Numbered from the stretch's first letter, positions 44,730-54,487 are shown. The stretch is DNA of 64,000 nucleotides from a virus (IMGVR_UViG_3300032320_001595:17612-81611), one strand, 5' to 3'. Notes: a model not told the origin generated them from the letters alone. Numbers and translations: made by a program.

Positions 44730-46970
44730 TTAGTTAAATAGATCTGCGGAACTGAGGAAGCGTCCGCCCCATAGTGACTTTCTCATTATGGGTTGCTCTG
44801 GGATACTATTTTCAAGTTCACCAGACTTCTTCATTGCTGTCTCTTCTTCTACAGACTCCACACGGGTAGCAATTTCTGTAGCAGCGCTGTTGAGATCAGC
44901 CAAACTCTTTGTAACTTCATCATATTTTGATTGAAGTTGTCCAATCTTATCGTCTACAGCCTTTGAAAGTTCAAGGATAGCGTTTGTAATCTTATCCAAG
45001 GACTCTGTGCTTGATTCAACGGACTTTGTGATTGCTTCTTCTACGAAAGACTTAACTTCGCCTATGGCCTTTTCAACATTAAGAACATCTGAGGAAGTGT
45101 CTTCGGCAACGTCAGCCTCTACACTATCGGACTTGGCCAGCGCCAAGGCTTCAGTAACAACATCCTCTACGGTGTCCTCTACGGTTTCTTCTACGTCGAA
45201 CTCAACTTCTTCTGAAGCCTCGTCCAGAGCCTGGGCGGTGTCAAGTTCTTCATGGCTTGTTTCGTTATTAGCCACTTCAACACCTCCTTCTTGTTTTTGT
45301 AAAGTCAGCGGAGAATTTTCTACTTCGTCCGACTTTTTCGTTGACAATGGATGACCATTTGGCAACAAATCTGTGTCATATGGCAGTTTTTTAAATTTCC
45401 CTTTTGCTACTGCAGAGAGGAAACCGTTAACTCTTTCAGTAGCCCAAGTTTTTGATATTTCTTCTTGATCTTGGACGGGGCTGGAGTTAAACGCATTTAT
45501 GCCTCTTGTGTAAACCTCAAAAACTTCTTTGAAATTAACACTCTTATTGATAACATTACCATATTTTTCATTATGTTGAGAAATTAATGACTCAAGTTCT
45601 TTGCGAATTGCAACCTCCGATGCTTTTGTTATTGAAGCAACTTTGATTTTAGTAAGGTCTGAGATGTTTTTTACAACAGTATGTTGAGTTTCTGAGAACT
45701 TATTGTTAGAAAGTTTCTTATAAACTCTAACGCTTGCCTTCTCTTCATTAAGAAGTTCTACTCTACCTTTTTCAAGGGAGGAACCTTTCTTAAATACAAC
45801 AAAATCATTTTCTTGAATGGGGGTGTTATCTGCCTTGTAGGTGACTTTCTTCTTTTTCTTTTCTTTTGGAATACCTCCAGGAAGACCTTGTTGAGCATTA
45901 CGGCTTGGAGTATTTTCATTAGTTAATGTCTGCTTGTCAATGTCCTCGTCATGCATGTCTTCATCTTCCATGTCTTCGTGACCCATTTTACCTAATGAAG
46001 AAATTCTGTTAAGGGTACTCATTTTATGACCAACTCTAGTATCTGTAGCCTCCCAACCATCTGCAGTTTTTCTATAAACTCTAATTAGAACTGCTGGATC
46101 GCCTTCTTCAGCGTTAATAGTAAAGTCTGAGTCTGGAACATTAATAGAACCTGATCTTGAAATTCTTTCTACTTTGCCTCTGGCAGTACCACCAGATGAA
46201 TTCCATGACACAAAACTTCCAACTGAAATAGAGTCTGCCTTAATAAGATACTCATCTACGACCTTGCCTATTTCTTGATTTTTATTAACGTCATTTGACT
46301 CAATCCAGCCAATCTCAGACATATTTCCATTGCAAGAGGGGCAGGAGGCTGATTCAGATTTCTCTGCAATAGCAATCTTATCGCTCTGGCACCAGAAAAC
46401 ATTCTCAGTAGAAAACTCTGTGGCTATGCCAGAAGTTATAATCTCGTCCCCTAGTTTTTGAATAGAAAAAATGTTAGCGAATTGATTAGCAGGAGAGTCA
46501 ACTAGAGACAACTCCATTAATTCATATTCTTTTACGACTCTTACAGAATTCTCTTCATCTTCTTCATCCATTGAGTTTTCATAGTCAAGGATTCTTCCGC
46601 CGATTGAGAAGCCAGTTAGAGTACCGTCTAGAACCATCTGCCAGATATTTTCAGCGCCTTTTGAAATGTAGGCATCAACAAATATGCCGCTATATGTTTT
46701 TCCAGATGGTTGATCGTAGAAAGAGTTTTCACGGAATGAAACTATTTTGCCAGCGGGAATAGGTTGATGCATCAGACGCACATTACCTCTAAAGTTTTCA
46801 AACGCTTTTCTTGATGCATCTGAAAGCAGAACGTCACCCTGCCTGTCTATATTATCTAGCGTTGCAAAGCCGCTAACTATACGACGTTCTTCATCGACCT
46901 TAGCAATCGGCATAGTCAGGCGTAGGTTGTCGCCGTCTAAATCGAAATGTGCTTTATTAATATCGGTCAT
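44730..46970 (-). CDS. Prohead maturation protease fused to accessory domains and C-terminal acidic scaffold
   Basis: VSGFATLDNIDRQGD, RLMH, GFSIGG, ELSLVDSPAN protease motifs; Cys ribbon; Tudor-like domains; acidic coiled-coil tail. Confidence 0.88.
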   Translation of the reverse strand: MTDINKAHFDLDGDNLRLTMPIAKVDEERRIVSGFATLDNIDRQGDVLLSDASRKAFENFRGNVRLMHQPIPAGKIVSFRENSFYDQPSGKTYSGIFVDAYISKGAENIWQMVLDGTLTGFSIGGRILDYENSMDEEDEENSVRVVKEYELMELSLVDSPANQFANIFSIQKLGDEIITSGIATEFSTENVFWCQSDKIAIAEKSESASCPSCNGNMSEIGWIESNDVNKNQEIGKVVDEYLIKADSISVGSFVSWNSSGGTARGKVERISRSGSINVPDSDFTINAEEGDPAVLIRVYRKTADGWEATDTRVGHKMSTLNRISSLGKMGHEDMEDEDMHDEDIDKQTLTNENTPSRNAQQGLPGGIPKEKKKKKVTYKADNTPIQENDFVVFKKGSSLEKGRVELLNEEKASVRVYKKLSNNKFSETQHTVVKNISDLTKIKVASITKASEVAIRKELESLISQHNEKYGNVINKSVNFKEVFEVYTRGINAFNSSPVQDQEEISKTWATERVNGFLSAVAKGKFKKLPYDTDLLPNGHPLSTKKSDEVENSPLTLQKQEGGVEVANNETSHEELDTAQALDEASEEVEFDVEETVEDTVEDVVTEALALAKSDSVEADVAEDTSSDVLNVEKAIGEVKSFVEEAITKSVESSTESLDKITNAILELSKAVDDKIGQLQSKYDEVTKSLADLNSAATEIATRVESVEEETAMKKSGELENSIPEQPIMRKSLWGGRFLSSADLFN

Positions 46971-46979
46971 AACATTTTA

Positions 46980-46990
46980 ATTATATTATA
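46980..46990 (-). promoter_or_regulatory. -10 promoter (TATAATATAAT) upstream of protease/capsid operon
   Basis: Intergenic between portal and protease, 9 nt before ATG 46970. Confidence 0.55.
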
Positions 46991-47000
46991 TATACAGTTA

Positions 47001-48623
47001 TTAATTTTGTTGCCTACCATCGCCTTGTGCCGCTCTTCCAAGTTCTGCAGCATCTGACTGATTAGCCGATCTTTCTTGATCTCTTAACCTATTCCCACTA
47101 GCCTGTGCATTTTGTTCTGCTGCCTGTGGGCCAGTTAGAATAACAGGCTGATCTCCATTTGGTAGACTTGACTTTCCTAATCTTTCTCTAACTTCATTAG
47201 GAACAATAACACGCATTCTTAAATATCTCTCATCTATCTTAGACTGAGTTTCTTCATCTGTAAGAGTAAGTTCATTAAACTCAAATCTAAATATGTCTGT
47301 TTTCTCTGCAATAATTTTATTAATTTTCTTTTCTAGTGAATCTTGGGCTGGGCGACATACTTGTTCCTTAAACGTTCTGTCTGATTCTCTTGCAGCGGCA
47401 AGACCAATTCCTTCAGTAGCGCCTACTTTAGATGCAGGAACACGATGAGCCATTAGGATTTCATCCTTGTTCATCTTCTTATAATTGTTGAATGATGAGT
47501 CCTGGATGTTAGTCTCAACTGGCTCCATCTTCATCTCAACCTTATTATCTGGTGTATCGCCAGGGATTGGAATGATAGCAGTTCTATGTGACTGTCCTCT
47601 TAGGTTTCCTTGGAAGAACTCAAACAATCTCTCCTCTGCCGCTCTAGACATTTTTGCACCCTTGAGCCAGAAAATATAGCGGGGTACGGCTTTATTCTCA
47701 AAATACTCAAGATTGAATCTTGAGGCAAATTCATTTCCTGCCATTGCATTTTTAGCAGCAACAATTGCGGGGAGTCCGTAATAAGTATTAGTTGGAGTAT
47801 AGTTTTTAATATGAATTATCTCGTTTGGACGTTGATCTGTTGTTATTGGGTTCTTTTCTGTACCTTCAAAGTTGCGGAAGAAGACCGCTTTGCCTGCGAC
47901 AATTTGAACGAATCCATCACGCAATCTACGCACTCGCATGGTAGAGGCTGGAATATGACCAACGTAGCCAATCTCCCCATTAACTTTCCTACCGATTTCA
48001 ATATACCCATTTCCAGTTGACTCCGCATCTATATATGCTTTAATTAATGTCATTGTGAAAGTATCGTCATCGTTTCTACTTTCTAGCCATTCAATTGTTT
48101 TTTGTTTTTCCCTAGCGATCTTTCTTCTTGCCCTTGCCAACTGGTCTGTATCGTTAATCTCTTCAATTCTCTGAATAACGTCTAGGGTTGGCATCAGATC
48201 GTAACCTAGGCCAACAATATTAGCAACTTTTGCATTAATGGCAGCATAGTTGGGTGCAGATATTTCATAAATCTTTGCAAGGGCAGCAAGATTATACTGT
48301 GGCTCAACTACATCAAATACTCCATACCCATATCTATCTGGAATTATTTGTTTTGACGTTGCATCATCGCCTGCATAGGCATTGTTGTCTGCTTGGACGA
48401 TTTCACCGTTTGTTGTAGTTAGAGCCTTACTTAATTTTCTTTTTACAGATCTTTTAAAATTTTGTGACAGTCCGTTGAGTTGCAAGATATCTTCTGCATC
48501 TTGCTTAAAGTCATCCTGGTCTGCTTTGATCATAGGCTCTGAGGTAGTAGAGCCTATGTGAACGCTATCAATCCAAAGATCTTCTTGTTCGTGCTGCATC
48601 TCTCCACGCTCCTGTATCGCCAT
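47001..48623 (-). CDS. Portal protein
   Basis: DAESTGNGYIEI, HIPASTMRV, YYGLP, FENKAVP, ILMAHRVPASKVG, VPNEVRERLG HK97-type portal motifs. Confidence 0.92.
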   Translation of the reverse strand: MAIQERGEMQHEQEDLWIDSVHIGSTTSEPMIKADQDDFKQDAEDILQLNGLSQNFKRSVKRKLSKALTTTNGEIVQADNNAYAGDDATSKQIIPDRYGYGVFDVVEPQYNLAALAKIYEISAPNYAAINAKVANIVGLGYDLMPTLDVIQRIEEINDTDQLARARRKIAREKQKTIEWLESRNDDDTFTMTLIKAYIDAESTGNGYIEIGRKVNGEIGYVGHIPASTMRVRRLRDGFVQIVAGKAVFFRNFEGTEKNPITTDQRPNEIIHIKNYTPTNTYYGLPAIVAAKNAMAGNEFASRFNLEYFENKAVPRYIFWLKGAKMSRAAEERLFEFFQGNLRGQSHRTAIIPIPGDTPDNKVEMKMEPVETNIQDSSFNNYKKMNKDEILMAHRVPASKVGATEGIGLAAARESDRTFKEQVCRPAQDSLEKKINKIIAEKTDIFRFEFNELTLTDEETQSKIDERYLRMRVIVPNEVRERLGKSSLPNGDQPVILTGPQAAEQNAQASGNRLRDQERSANQSDAAELGRAAQGDGRQQN

Positions 48624-48891
48624 ATGAAAGAAGCCCGTTGTCCATTCGATACTTATCCTCTTGGTATTCTTCTTCGGTTAATCTACCTATACCTGCGATA
48701 AATACTGCCTGTCCTTCTGGCTGTCCGTAATGTGCGGCGGCTTTTCTAATTTCAGACATTTTCTCTATATCGCCGCGCATAGATGGAATATTTAAAACAT
48801 TATCATCGTCATCTTTAAAGACTCCGCCCTCTTGTAATAACCAGACGTATATTCCGTAGTTGGACGGATCTTGTACTATTTGTAAGCCCAT
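48568..48891 (-). CDS. Conserved hypothetical protein upstream of portal
   Basis: 107 aa; TGGTATTAT -10 element 7 nt before ATG. Confidence 0.7.
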   Translation of the reverse strand: MGLQIVQDPSNYGIYVWLLQEGGVFKDDDDNVLNIPSMRGDIEKMSEIRKAAAHYGQPEGQAVFIAGIGRLTEEEYQEDKYRMDNGLLSYGDTGAWRDAARTRRSLD

Positions 48892-48909
48892 GTACCTGAT
48901 AATACCATA

Positions 48910-49758
48910 TTAAGCGTTATTTGTATCGAAAATGTTCAAGTAAGAGTTAATTTTTTGTCTGGCAGGCGTCAAAGTGAACGATGAACTAGCATAAAGGTAG
49001 TACTCGTTAGCATGTACCCGTCCAAACAGTATTCTTACAAAGTCTCCATTTAAATTAGATTGAGGTGTTAATTGAGAAGAAGCAGACAGTTGATAGATAA
49101 GATTATCTTGAAGAGAAAGTATATAGTCTCCCTCTAAAACGTTATAACCGTCTACATATAAATCATCATTCACCATGGTTGATGCGGAAGTAAAGATTGA
49201 TAATGAGCCTTCACTTAAAGCAGATACATTTTTATCGAATCTCAGTTGGTTCTTCAACGGCTGATATACAGAATTTATTGCTGAAGAAGAATAGTTTGTT
49301 TCTGGAGCGTCTATAAAATTAATAGAATAAGATGCTGAGTCATTTACCTTCAACACATACTCACCCGCCCCAGTAAACTCTCTGTGCAGATATCCAGCGG
49401 CAGATGCGCTAACTGATGAGTCCATGATGTAAACATTTTGTATGTTGAAGTTAGATGAAGCAGTATCACCAAACCTAATAATAAAGTTATTAGAGTCTGA
49501 CGTTGACAGTTTATTACCAAAGGAAAAGGTAAGGTGGCTCCATTCTTTTGGCTGTATGGTTGTTCCAACTAAACCATTGACATAAACGCTGGCAGAATTT
49601 GGGCTATAGGTTATTTGCCCACTATTGTTATTAATACTGGCGGAAAAAAGTAATGTTGATCTAGAGGATGAAGAAAATATATTTAAAAATTTATATGTCT
49701 GATTATTTACATCATTTAATCTAACAAAAGCACCAACCGCACCAAGGTATTTAATCAT
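48910..49758 (-). CDS. Virion structural protein, LamG/concanavalin-like beta-sandwich fragment
   Basis: VYVNG...WSHLTFSF...NIQNVYIM pattern; start moved to ATG 49758 (6 nt after TATAAT). Confidence 0.6.
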   Translation of the reverse strand: MIKYLGAVGAFVRLNDVNNQTYKFLNIFSSSSRSTLLFSASINNNSGQITYSPNSASVYVNGLVGTTIQPKEWSHLTFSFGNKLSTSDSNNFIIRFGDTASSNFNIQNVYIMDSSVSASAAGYLHREFTGAGEYVLKVNDSASYSINFIDAPETNYSSSAINSVYQPLKNQLRFDKNVSALSEGSLSIFTSASTMVNDDLYVDGYNVLEGDYILSLQDNLIYQLSASSQLTPQSNLNGDFVRILFGRVHANEYYLYASSSFTLTPARQKINSYLNIFDTNNA

Positions 49759-49764
49759 AATATG

Positions 49765-49772
49765 ATTATACT
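49765..49772 (-). promoter_or_regulatory. -10 promoter (AGTATAAT) 6 nt before ATG 49758, leaderless type
   Basis: Directly after the ssb stop codon. Confidence 0.5.
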
Positions 49773-50153
49773 CTAATTCCAATCGATATTAGATGCTACT
49801 GAAGATGACACCTTTGATTTAAGTAATAGGTCTTTTCCAATATGCTGCGCCTTTACCTCAAAGGAATACTTTCTTTCCCCGCTACTTGTATCTATCCATG
49901 AAGTTTCTTTAATAACTCCATTGACAATCACTTGCTCCCCGCGATTAAATTCACCAGAAATATTTTCTGCCAGACGATCCCAAGCAGTAATATTCCATCC
50001 AGATGTATCATGGTCTTCCCATTCACCAAAAGCATTCTTACGGCGGTCATTAGTGATTAGTCTAAATCTTGCTACTGACGTTCCACTCGGCAGAGTCTTA
50101 AACTCTACATCATTTGCCACTCTACCAATTAAAGTAATATTAGGGTTAGACAT
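49773..50153 (-). CDS. ssb: Bacterial-type single-stranded DNA-binding protein (OB fold)
   Basis: NITLIGRVANDVEFK...VARFRL...WNITAW..LAEN...RGEQVIVNG. Confidence 0.88.
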   Translation of the reverse strand: MSNPNITLIGRVANDVEFKTLPSGTSVARFRLITNDRRKNAFGEWEDHDTSGWNITAWDRLAENISGEFNRGEQVIVNGVIKETSWIDTSSGERKYSFEVKAQHIGKDLLLKSKVSSSVASNIDWN

Positions 50154-51127
50154 TATTCTCCTTCCGTTAAAATTTCAAAAAGTCTATTCCATTCTTTTGC
50201 TCTACGCTCCCAGTTATAATACTTATTGAAGTAGTCTGACTGTTCGCGTATTAATTCTTGATTATCTTTTGTCCAGTAATTATCTATTTGTTCGTTAAGA
50301 AGTTCTGCATATGTATTAGCGATTTGCTCTTCATTTGGTTTAATTGTACACATTTTTGCATATGCTGCACCAGTTTCTGGTAAAGCCCCGACATCAGTAG
50401 TAACTAAGTTACATCCTGCTGCGCCTGCCTCAATCATTGAAAGGCAGGCGGTTTCTTCAAAAATGCTAGGGTAGGCAAATATGTGAGCATCTTGTACTGC
50501 TTTATGAATTTCATTATTTTCGGCGTACCCAATGTAATTGACACCTTTTGTCTCACGGGCGCGATTGAATAGATCTTCATATACCCCATAATAATGCGCC
50601 TCGTAGCCTGATCCATATACAGAAGTTGATGAATATACATCTAACTCAATATCATCGCGGTCAAGTTGCTCCATAACATCTAGCAAAATGCTAAGACCCC
50701 TAAATGGAGTTGATGTGTAAATTAACTTTAACTTGCCGTCTTTTGATTTTGGTTTAAATTCTATTGGTTCTATGGCATTACGAATAACATATGCGTTATG
50801 AAGCGGAACCTGAAAGAGATACCTAAATTTCTCTAGTTGCCAATGTGACACATAAACTGTTGCATCAATCGACTTCATAAAAGCATTATCCTTCATTGGA
50901 GCAAGAGATTCATCTGAATAATTTAGATGCTGCCATAGAATATTCTTTTTAGTAAATCTAACTTTAGATGGATCTGGAGTTGCAACTAGTAAATTTAAAT
51001 TATCATATTCTGAAAATTTAGAATGTTTAATCATTCCATCTTTTAGCAACTCCGTTCCTCCGCGAGCGGGTTTTACATTACTGTCGCTAGAAATTCTCTG
51101 CAACCAATCAGCCACTGCTGTCTCCAA
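50153..51127 (-). CDS. Glycosyltransferase (GT-B, GT4-like)
   Basis: RGGTE, YVSHWQ, NAIEP, YTSTPFRGL, FAYPSIFEETACLSMIEAGAAG. Confidence 0.85.
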   Translation of the reverse strand: METAVADWLQRISSDSNVKPARGGTELLKDGMIKHSKFSEYDNLNLLVATPDPSKVRFTKKNILWQHLNYSDESLAPMKDNAFMKSIDATVYVSHWQLEKFRYLFQVPLHNAYVIRNAIEPIEFKPKSKDGKLKLIYTSTPFRGLSILLDVMEQLDRDDIELDVYSSTSVYGSGYEAHYYGVYEDLFNRARETKGVNYIGYAENNEIHKAVQDAHIFAYPSIFEETACLSMIEAGAAGCNLVTTDVGALPETGAAYAKMCTIKPNEEQIANTYAELLNEQIDNYWTKDNQELIREQSDYFNKYYNWERRAKEWNRLFEILTEGE

Positions 51128-51632
51128 ACTTTGCTATAAAAATGCCTGTGCATTCAAATTCTTGATACTCTACTATAGAGTGAAATTTTTCTAATACTAG
51201 TTCTGTTGACCAGTCTTCTTCTTCATGCACCTCATAAGGATTATCATCTATTTCATCCTGAGGCATATGAATAATAGGAATGCTTATGAGTGCATACTTT
51301 GCCTGCTCCGCCATTTTATTCCACACATCTATGGCATCTTCCATAGGCATATGTTCTAGAACATCCCCAAATATTACCAAATCGTATGCAAAGTTGTCAA
51401 TATTTCTTACATCTTCAACATAAATATTCCTATATTTATTTTTAAGATTAAATCTTTCAATGTACGGCTCCCATACTTCTACCGCATCAAAGATAATCTT
51501 TGGTTTATAGGGAAACATAATTGTAGCATACACACCCCCACCCGCGCCAACATCTAATACAGTTGATGGATTAATATCAATTATTTTAGATATAGCATAG
51601 GGCTTTCCCTCTGGCATTGAATTACCACTCAC
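51108..51632 (-). CDS. Class I SAM-dependent methyltransferase
   Basis: VLDVGAGGG, DAVE, DLVIFGDVLEHM. Confidence 0.85.
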   Translation of the reverse strand: MSGNSMPEGKPYAISKIIDINPSTVLDVGAGGGVYATIMFPYKPKIIFDAVEVWEPYIERFNLKNKYRNIYVEDVRNIDNFAYDLVIFGDVLEHMPMEDAIDVWNKMAEQAKYALISIPIIHMPQDEIDDNPYEVHEEEDWSTELVLEKFHSIVEYQEFECTGIFIAKFGDSSG

Positions 51633-52360
51633 AGGTAACTCTTCTTGCTCCAGAATTGACTCTTATATGATCTAACAATCTTAGACTTTAATTTAAAGCC
51701 ATTTTTCTTATTGGCATCCTCATCAAACTCTACCTGTGATGATCTCCAGTCCTCTCTTTTGAAAGGAATCATTTGACATATGGGAGTCCCTGCTTCAAGA
51801 ATGAAAATCTCTTCTTTAATTGTGTTAAGAAGTTGGAAAGGAAATTCGACTCCTAGTTCATAGGAGTCTGTATCTACCACCCCAGAAAAAGTTCTGAATG
51901 GAAGGTCGTGTCTATTAAGTGGGTGAGTGAATAAACAACTATAGCCCTTGGGGGTTATTGCCCTCCAGCCAGGACTCCATTTAAGTAAATCCATTCCGCC
52001 ACCTACTGGAGCAGGCAGACCAGGAGCCTGATCTGGACCGTGAGAGCCTATAAAATTAACATTGGTCGCCCACCGCACATTAATTCCTTTTCCTGGATGA
52101 TTTCTAAATTCTAGGTCGAATGGCAGAACAAACATATATCCAGATGTGAGTGCATCAAGGAACGGGGAGCATCCCTTAAGAGTAAGATTGCTTACCGCTA
52201 CTCCGTTTTTTGATAACCCAGTTATTTTTTCGCCGTCCATATGAACAGGCATCTTTTTATACCAGTCTGGGATAGACTGTGCTGCTGGCTGCGGCCTTTC
52301 AAACAGAAGTTCTGCCTCATGACTGAATGGCTCAAATTCTATCTTCATGGCTTTACCCAA
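51629..52360 (-). CDS. Conserved phage protein with possible dUTPase-like beta fold
   Basis: TLKGCSPFLDALTSGY, TPKGYSCLFTHP, SGVVDTD, AGTPICQMIPFKRE; family recalled from aquatic phages, function unproven. Confidence 0.5.
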   Translation of the reverse strand: MGKAMKIEFEPFSHEAELLFERPQPAAQSIPDWYKKMPVHMDGEKITGLSKNGVAVSNLTLKGCSPFLDALTSGYMFVLPFDLEFRNHPGKGINVRWATNVNFIGSHGPDQAPGLPAPVGGGMDLLKWSPGWRAITPKGYSCLFTHPLNRHDLPFRTFSGVVDTDSYELGVEFPFQLLNTIKEEIFILEAGTPICQMIPFKREDWRSSQVEFDEDANKKNGFKLKSKIVRSYKSQFWSKKSYL

Positions 52361-53016
52361 TTCAACTTAAATGTCTTTTGATGTAGAACTCTTACAGATG
52401 GGTCTACCCAAATGTCAAATCCTGACTTGATCGCTTTTGTACACCATGAAAGGTCTTCTCCAATAAGAAGGAAATCTTCAGTTGTTTCCCCTGTTTCTTC
52501 ATCTACACTAGGAACGCTTTCTGGTCCAAACCAGGGTCTGGGCATATTCTCAAATACCCCTGATTTTACTGCAAGGAATCCAAATCCACATCCTGCTACT
52601 TTAAAAGGCTTATGATACTGATCAAGAAGTTCTTCTGGCATCATACCGCCGCGAGGTTGTTGATAAATCGGAATGTGTCTGTCTTCCATGAGATAGCATC
52701 CAGAAATAATTTTCTTATCAGACTTATATAGTCTAAAAACGTCGGCGGGACTCCATGCAATATCTGAATCAATCCACATAATCATGTCATAGGTAAATTC
52801 ACCGCTACATGGCTGAGTCATTTTTACATTATTTGTATCGTATCCACCAATGGTAGATTCTCTAGCCATGGCAACAAGTGACCCACCCTGACTAAGAAAA
52901 TTCCAACTTAGTCGCTCTTGATTTAGGGCATTAGTGGTAATAAGCAGACTCCTGAGGTAGTCTGGAGTAAAAGAATTTGCTGGAGTAGCAAACACTATAT
53001 TAAAATGTGGTTTCAT
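52345..53016 (-). CDS. Glycosyltransferase (GT-A fold, DxD)
   Basis: MWIDSDI DxD motif, GFGFLAVKSGVFE, GEDLSWC, VLH. Confidence 0.78.
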   Translation of the reverse strand: MKPHFNIVFATPANSFTPDYLRSLLITTNALNQERLSWNFLSQGGSLVAMARESTIGGYDTNNVKMTQPCSGEFTYDMIMWIDSDIAWSPADVFRLYKSDKKIISGCYLMEDRHIPIYQQPRGGMMPEELLDQYHKPFKVAGCGFGFLAVKSGVFENMPRPWFGPESVPSVDEETGETTEDFLLIGEDLSWCTKAIKSGFDIWVDPSVRVLHQKTFKLNWVKP

Positions 53017-53676
53017 TTATCCCCTTATAGCGATCTTCTTATGATGACATACTTTTATGCTGGGGTCAAGATAAATTTTATATCCTGCTTCCCCCGCTTT
53101 TTTGCACCAGGAAAAATCTTCTCCCCAAGGTATATACATCTCTTTAGTTTTATCTTCATTCTCTATTTTTTGAAATACTACGTCGAACCATGGGCGAGGA
53201 ATATTTTCAAATACCCCAGATTTCATTGAAACAAATCCGAATCCTACTGCAAAGACCTCAAACGGGTATTCTTTTCTTTTTAATAAGTCGTGGTCAAAAT
53301 AAATATCGTCTTCTTTGAAACTAAAGAGCGGTACGTTTTCTTCATTATAGTAGACTCCAGAAACTACATCGTATGACGATTCGTACAACTTCATAAATTG
53401 ATCTGGTTCCCAAGAAATATCTGAGTCTATCCAAACTATTTTGTCATACGTTACCTGACTGTTTACTGGTTCTGTGGCAAAAGCATGAAGAAAACGTGAT
53501 CCCATTATTGTTGCTTCCCGCGCTGCATTTACTTGAGAGGAATACTCATTTAGATATAAATAAGATATGCCTATTTTTTCTAAATGGGAAATAGTTGCAA
53601 CAAGACTTCTTACATATTCTGCCTCCATCATTCTTCCAGGAGTGCAAATTAATACATTATAGTGGGGCTTCAACAT
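53017..53676 (-). CDS. Glycosyltransferase (GT-A fold, DxD), tandem paralog of 52345-53016
   Basis: VWIDSDI, GFGFVSMKSGVFENIPRPWF, GEDFSWC. Confidence 0.78.
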   Translation of the reverse strand: MLKPHYNVLICTPGRMMEAEYVRSLVATISHLEKIGISYLYLNEYSSQVNAAREATIMGSRFLHAFATEPVNSQVTYDKIVWIDSDISWEPDQFMKLYESSYDVVSGVYYNEENVPLFSFKEDDIYFDHDLLKRKEYPFEVFAVGFGFVSMKSGVFENIPRPWFDVVFQKIENEDKTKEMYIPWGEDFSWCKKAGEAGYKIYLDPSIKVCHHKKIAIRG

Positions 53677-54487
53677 TCCTCCAAAATTCTAAACCGCTGT
53701 ACTTGTTAAGAATATATGGTGAAAGGTACTCCCCTATATTGATTCTACGATGATCAATTGACCGACGAACGTCGTGTAAACCCTCAAGGCCATATACTTT
53801 GTCATCTTCTGGAGTTATATTGACAATATTATTGTAATTATGATCAAAGTGTTCTAGGCCAAGGAAATCATAGATGCCCTTGATAGTTTCATCTGTCCTG
53901 CCAACCAAATTGTCATACTCAACAATGTGAAAATATTGTCTATTTTCTTCTAGCATCGCATAGGCAATTCCATACAAACACTCATCAATAAGTCCTTTTG
54001 GACGCATCAAATGGTCACATCTAATTTCATCAGGATGGCGGTAATAATAGAACTCCTGCCTTGCTTCTATTTCCTGATCAATAAATGAAGTCTTCTGTGG
54101 ATTTTGATTAATCATATAGATAAAAGAGGCAAGAATTTCATTTATGTTTCTCACCGTCAAAATTAACTTAGGGTCATAGGGGAGATTTCTTAGTAGTGTT
54201 CCAAAGTTTTCTTTATTTGACCATGATCGTGACTTATCAATAATATTAGGCTTATTTATATCTGAATAATAATTTTCTAGGACCCCATGAACCGTGGGAG
54301 AAATGACATGAGGTTTTGGGTATGCATTATATTGTTCAGACGCTAAAATACTACGTTCAAGATTAACCATCATCCCACACATGGGGGAGTTTGGTCCTGA
54401 ATAAATTTCTGGGTTTTGATTTAAAATTGATGATAAAAGTGTGCTTCCAGACCTTGGAAGGCCGGAAAGAAAATAAAACTTACTCAA
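53657..54487 (-). CDS. Sulfotransferase-family protein
   Basis: N-terminal PAPS-binding loop GLPRSGSTLL; IDKSR, LTVRN...ILAS, VEYDNLV. Confidence 0.85.
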   Translation of the reverse strand: MSKFYFLSGLPRSGSTLLSSILNQNPEIYSGPNSPMCGMMVNLERSILASEQYNAYPKPHVISPTVHGVLENYYSDINKPNIIDKSRSWSNKENFGTLLRNLPYDPKLILTVRNINEILASFIYMINQNPQKTSFIDQEIEARQEFYYYRHPDEIRCDHLMRPKGLIDECLYGIAYAMLEENRQYFHIVEYDNLVGRTDETIKGIYDFLGLEHFDHNYNNIVNITPEDDKVYGLEGLHDVRRSIDHRRINIGEYLSPYILNKYSGLEFWRNVEAPL

